A program made the translations under genes and the position numbers. Shown piece after piece: positions 31,417 through 34,809 of a stretch of DNA of 34,809 nt. The DNA comes from Stramenopiles sp. TOSAG23-2 (taxonomy: Eukaryota): positions 1 to 34,809 of the forward strand of contig LT649346.1 of the NCBI GenBank assembly GCA_900128395.1, read 5' to 3'. Positions within the stretch are counted from its first letter, which is position 1. Every line of letters begins with the position of its first letter. A model generated the notes under the pieces. The model worked only from the letters and a program-made list of their open reading frames with translations. It made no database searches and was not told the origin of the DNA.

Positions 31417-32697
31417 ATGAGATTGAAGCATACAATTTTTTGTAGCATATTGCTGTATTTTGTTAATAGTAATTATGTTATTTCTATTTCAACGAAAACC
31501 ATTTGTAATCATGAAGGGCGGAGCAATGCTTTTAGCAAACCAATTGACAACTGTACTCAATGCATCACAAAAACTAAAGCAACCACAGGTTTGGAAATTG
31601 AAATTGCCATTTGCAAAGTTGAAAAAGATGAAAAGTATCATGAACAAAAGGAACTTAAATGTGAATATTGTCAATGTAACGCTGGTCATAGATTTAATAT
31701 CAATAATGATAAATGTACACATGTATTTCAAGATACAGTATGGGTAACTGTGTTTAATTATGCATATTATGTGCCATTATACATATTTGCTCTGTATATT
31801 ACCATTAAATTGCATTGTCATAAACTTTCAGTAAATGTACAGAAAAGACCCCAATTTGCACAACAAAGCCGTTTGCGTCGTTTAAGCATAAAATGCACTG
31901 CTTCTTGCGTTGGAAATAGAGTGATAATAGCAATTAATTGTTTGATTGCATATTTAAGCCTACAACTGTTTCGTCACTTAATATGTGGAGTGGAGAATGA
32001 AAATTATATAATCTCTGTTTTTGCGTATCTAATAATAAAAACAACAAGCATTAAATGTTTAATGTTAGCAAGTATTTTTGTAATAACTTCTTGGGCAAAA
32101 ACGACGAATGGGTTGGTGAACCATTGTTACGGCAAACTACCGAATTTTATCACATCGAAAGCAATAGGTTTTGTTTTAAAATTGATTGTTTTTGTTAGCT
32201 GGTGTATATACCCGATGGCTCGTATCTTTGGTAAAGAATATTATTATTTTAATATGTATTTTAATCTCATATTTCTTGTAACAGGTGGTACATTTGCATT
32301 GTTTTATGGGGGGTTGTTAACGCATTGGTTGAAACGTGTTGCGGGCAGAAGGAGTATACAAAATACAACCCAGAAGAAGCAGTTTGATCTAGCGGTAGTC
32401 ATGTCTCGTTATCTTATAGGAATTGGTCTTTACGTAGTTTTCACGTTTGTTTGCTACTTATTTGTGCCCGGCTCGACAGCTGTTGAAATGTTTATTTATT
32501 TATTTACATTAGCACACTTGCATTTATTTTTAGTGTTCTGTCTACTTCGAATATTTGAAGCAAAAGTTGAAAGCAATTTGTTTCTTTGCGGTTGTTGTTC
32601 TAGAAGACATAATAATGTTGTACTGTCATCTACAGAAGAAATTTCTTCAGAGCGTCAAAAGCAAGGAAGCATGGGGTTTGTTTTAGAGGTAAATTAA
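31417..32697 (+). CDS. 7TM GPCR-like membrane protein with a signal peptide and Cys-rich/EGF-like ectodomain
   Basis: First ATG at 31417. Hydrophobic leader, Cys-rich region (..C.C..G.......C), then seven hydrophobic segments. Basic loop between TM5 and TM6. C-terminal CGCC. Confidence 0.65.
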   Translation: MRLKHTIFCSILLYFVNSNYVISISTKTICNHEGRSNAFSKPIDNCTQCITKTKATTGLEIEIAICKVEKDEKYHEQKELKCEYCQCNAGHRFNINNDKCTHVFQDTVWVTVFNYAYYVPLYIFALYITIKLHCHKLSVNVQKRPQFAQQSRLRRLSIKCTASCVGNRVIIAINCLIAYLSLQLFRHLICGVENENYIISVFAYLIIKTTSIKCLMLASIFVITSWAKTTNGLVNHCYGKLPNFITSKAIGFVLKLIVFVSWCIYPMARIFGKEYYYFNMYFNLIFLVTGGTFALFYGGLLTHWLKRVAGRRSIQNTTQKKQFDLAVVMSRYLIGIGLYVVFTFVCYLFVPGSTAVEMFIYLFTLAHLHLFLVFCLLRIFEAKVESNLFLCGCCSRRHNNVVLSSTEEISSERQKQGSMGFVLEVN

Positions 32698-32830
32698 TAT
32701 TTAACAAATTAAAATAGTTGTAGTTGTCTACTCGTAGTTAAGATAACAATGATTATAAAAGATAAATATGATCATTTTGCGCACACTTCATTTTGCACCC
32801 AACATCTTCACTTTTAACTTTTATAAACTA

Positions 32831-33101
32831 AAATAATTTCAAATAATAACTACTCGTAAGAAAGTGAAGCAGCGACAGAGAGAGAGATACATGCAAGAAG
32901 TATACGTACAAAAACAAACAATTCAAACAATTGCATCATTACTCATTGACAATAATAATAATAATAAATACGAACCAAAACAATACATGTAACAATATGT
33001 TAATACTGATTAACAACCTCATAGATAATAGTAAGGACCATCTTTCCATAACTTCAACTATAGAATAGACTTTCAGATTTTTTTTGGAGATTTACAATAT
33101 G
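32831..33101 (+). pseudogene. Degenerate duplicate of the 5' leader and N-terminal coding region of the LRR gene
   Basis: Aligns with 33182-33480 with several indels and loss of the ATG (AAACAATTGCATC versus AAACTATGGCATC). Confidence 0.85.
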
Positions 33102-33213
33102 ATAGGTAAAATATATTTAACACTACCATTATGTTGCACTAAGTATATTTTTTTATAATCGAAATAATCTAATCTAATAAGAAATAATTTCAAATAATAA
33201 CTAAGAAAGTGAA

Positions 33214-33215
<2 letters not shown>

Positions 33216-33252
<37 letters not shown>
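33216..33252. repeat. (AG)n microsatellite in the LRR gene leader
   Basis: About 18 AG units, much shorter in the upstream duplicate. Confidence 0.9.
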
Positions 33253-33254
<2 letters not shown>

Positions 33255-33295
33255 CATGCAAGAAGTATATATGTACAAAACAAACCATTCAAACT

Positions 33296-34353
33296 ATGGC
33301 ATCATTACTCATTGACAATAATAATAATACAACAACAACAACAACAACAACAACAAATACGAACCAAAACAATAACAATGTTAATACTATTAACAACCTC
33401 ATAGATAATAGTAATGACCATCTTTCCATAACTAATATACTTTCAGATTTTGAAGAATTACCTGGAGATTTACAAATATGTATCAGTCGCTATTTTGATG
33501 ATGATATTCTTGCAATGATAAATGTGTTTGCAAAAACAAGTACAAAATTTCTTAAATTTGATCCCTTGCGTAGTTATTATTTTATAATTGTATTGCCAAA
33601 TAAATATGTGGTCCGTTATGGAGTAGATTTTCATGATGTAAGTGCATTTTTGCATCACAAGAATCTCACAGATGACGATGCATTAGCTATTGGTGAAGAA
33701 TTAAGAACAAACAATACATTAGAGTTCTTGCAACTACGTAATAATAATATTACTGATGTACAAAGTATTGGTGAAGCATTAAAAACAAACAATACATTAA
33801 GGAGATTGGACCTAGATAATAATCAACTTAGGACCTAGATAGTAATAATATTACTGATGTACAAAGTATTGGTGAATTGTTAAAAGCAAATAATACATTA
33901 ACGGAATTGTGGCTACGTAATAATAATATTACTGATGTACAAAGTATTGGTGAAGCATTAAAAACAAACAATACATTAAGGAGATTGGACCTAGACAATA
34001 ATAATATTACTGATGTACAAAGTATTGGTGAAGGATTAAAAACAAACAATACATTAACAACATTGTACCTAGACAATAATAATATTACTGATGTACAAAG
34101 TATAGGTGAAGCGTTAAAAACAAACAAGACATTAGAGGAATTGCACCTATATAGTAATAATATTACTGATGATGGTGGAATACAAAGTATTATTGATGCA
34201 TTAAAAACAAACAATACATTAAAGACATTGTCCCTACATAATAATCAACTTAGTGATAATATAATATCACAATTAAATGCTATAGAACAATATAAGAGAG
34301 ATGGATCAAACAGGTATCAACAAGTGGAAGGGATGGTGATAGCGGCATTGTAA
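33296..34353 (+). CDS. F-box-like + RI/NLRC3-type leucine-rich repeat protein, frameshifted at about 33808-33841 (about 344 aa if repaired)
   Basis: ATG at 33296. F-box-like FEELPGDLQICISRYFD. Seven 26-aa LRRs (IGEALKTNNTLxxLxLxNNNITDVQS). A 23-bp extra segment shifts the frame and gives TAG at 33836-38. Confidence 0.75.
33689..34260 (+). repeat. Tandem array of seven 78-bp LRR-coding units
   Basis: Unit starts at 33689, 33767, 33868, 33946, 34024, 34102 and 34189. Unit 2 carries +23 bp and unit 6 carries +9 bp. Confidence 0.95.
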
Positions 34354-34424
34354 TTTATAATAGTTTAAGTTACAATAAACAACAACATTAGCATGGCCAT
34401 GCAATTATTCATAATTAGAATAAT

Positions 34425-34523
34425 ATGAAATCACAATTAAATGCTATACAACAATATAAAAGAGATGGATCAAACGGGTATCAACAAGTGGAAGGGATGG
34501 CACTGATGGTGATAAGGACATAA
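34425..34523 (+). pseudogene. Second copy of the LRR gene C-terminal cap (MKSQLNAIQQYKRDGSNGYQQVEGMALMVIRT*)
   Basis: 34430-34500 aligns with 34266-34336 with three substitutions. The frame is still open. Confidence 0.85.
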
Positions 34524-34809
34524 TAATTAATATATATTTATATACTACCAACTACAATATACTATCCATTTATTATCCGCGATCATCATCAAACATCAAA
34601 CTTCAACCTCTTCCTTCGCACTACCAGGTACCAGGTAGCACCTTCCGTCCTTTTTTCCATTTATTTATTAGAATTATTATTATTTATTCTAGATTCTAGC
34701 CAGCTAGATACTGTATTGTTTTGTATGGAGAGAGTAAAAAAAAAAGTACGCTTCGTAATTAATTACTAAAAGATAGAGATAAGATAATTGAAATTATATT
34801 GTATATATA

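Noticed and set aside
33209-33295. ERERER N-terminal extension of the LRR ORF
   Set aside because: Arises from a GTG start read through the (AG)n microsatellite; the ATG at 33296 is the plausible start.
33689-34260. CRISPR-like appearance (constant repeats with short variable segments)
   Set aside because: The period is 26 codons, the variable parts are single codons within an LRR reading frame, the context is eukaryotic and there are no cas genes.

Overview
AT-rich, gene-dense, intron-poor eukaryotic nuclear DNA using the standard code, with GT-AG introns, poly-Asn tracts and TA/CA/GA microsatellites. It probably comes from a flagellated protist (STPG/SHIPPO-repeat gene present) that decodes selenocysteine (SBP2 present); the lineage cannot be fixed from this window. 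About 18 protein-coding genes are supported: a GH43-pepsin fusion, ISD11/LYRM4, MET17/MetY, a tandem double SDR, MED22, a scramblase, an ankyrin-TPR-DnaJ protein, a Vps4-like AAA ATPase, a pseudokinase, a SMIM13-like protein, an NAD(P)-binding reductase, an STPG protein, an SBP2-methyltransferase fusion, a 7TM protein, an F-box-like/LRR gene and several unknowns. There are also inverted-repeat elements. The most notable items are: (1) an F-box-like LRR gene built from 78-bp units whose framework codons are nearly invariant while the solvent-exposed codons are hypervariable, with a mosaic frameshift junction and spare copies of its 5' and 3' ends; (2) SBP2 fused to a METTL21-type lysine methyltransferase; (3) a Vps4 paralogue with a mitochondrial-type presequence and TM anchor in place of the MIT domain; (4) a GH43 glycosidase fused to an aspartic protease. 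All family calls come from motif recognition by eye; no searches were run.
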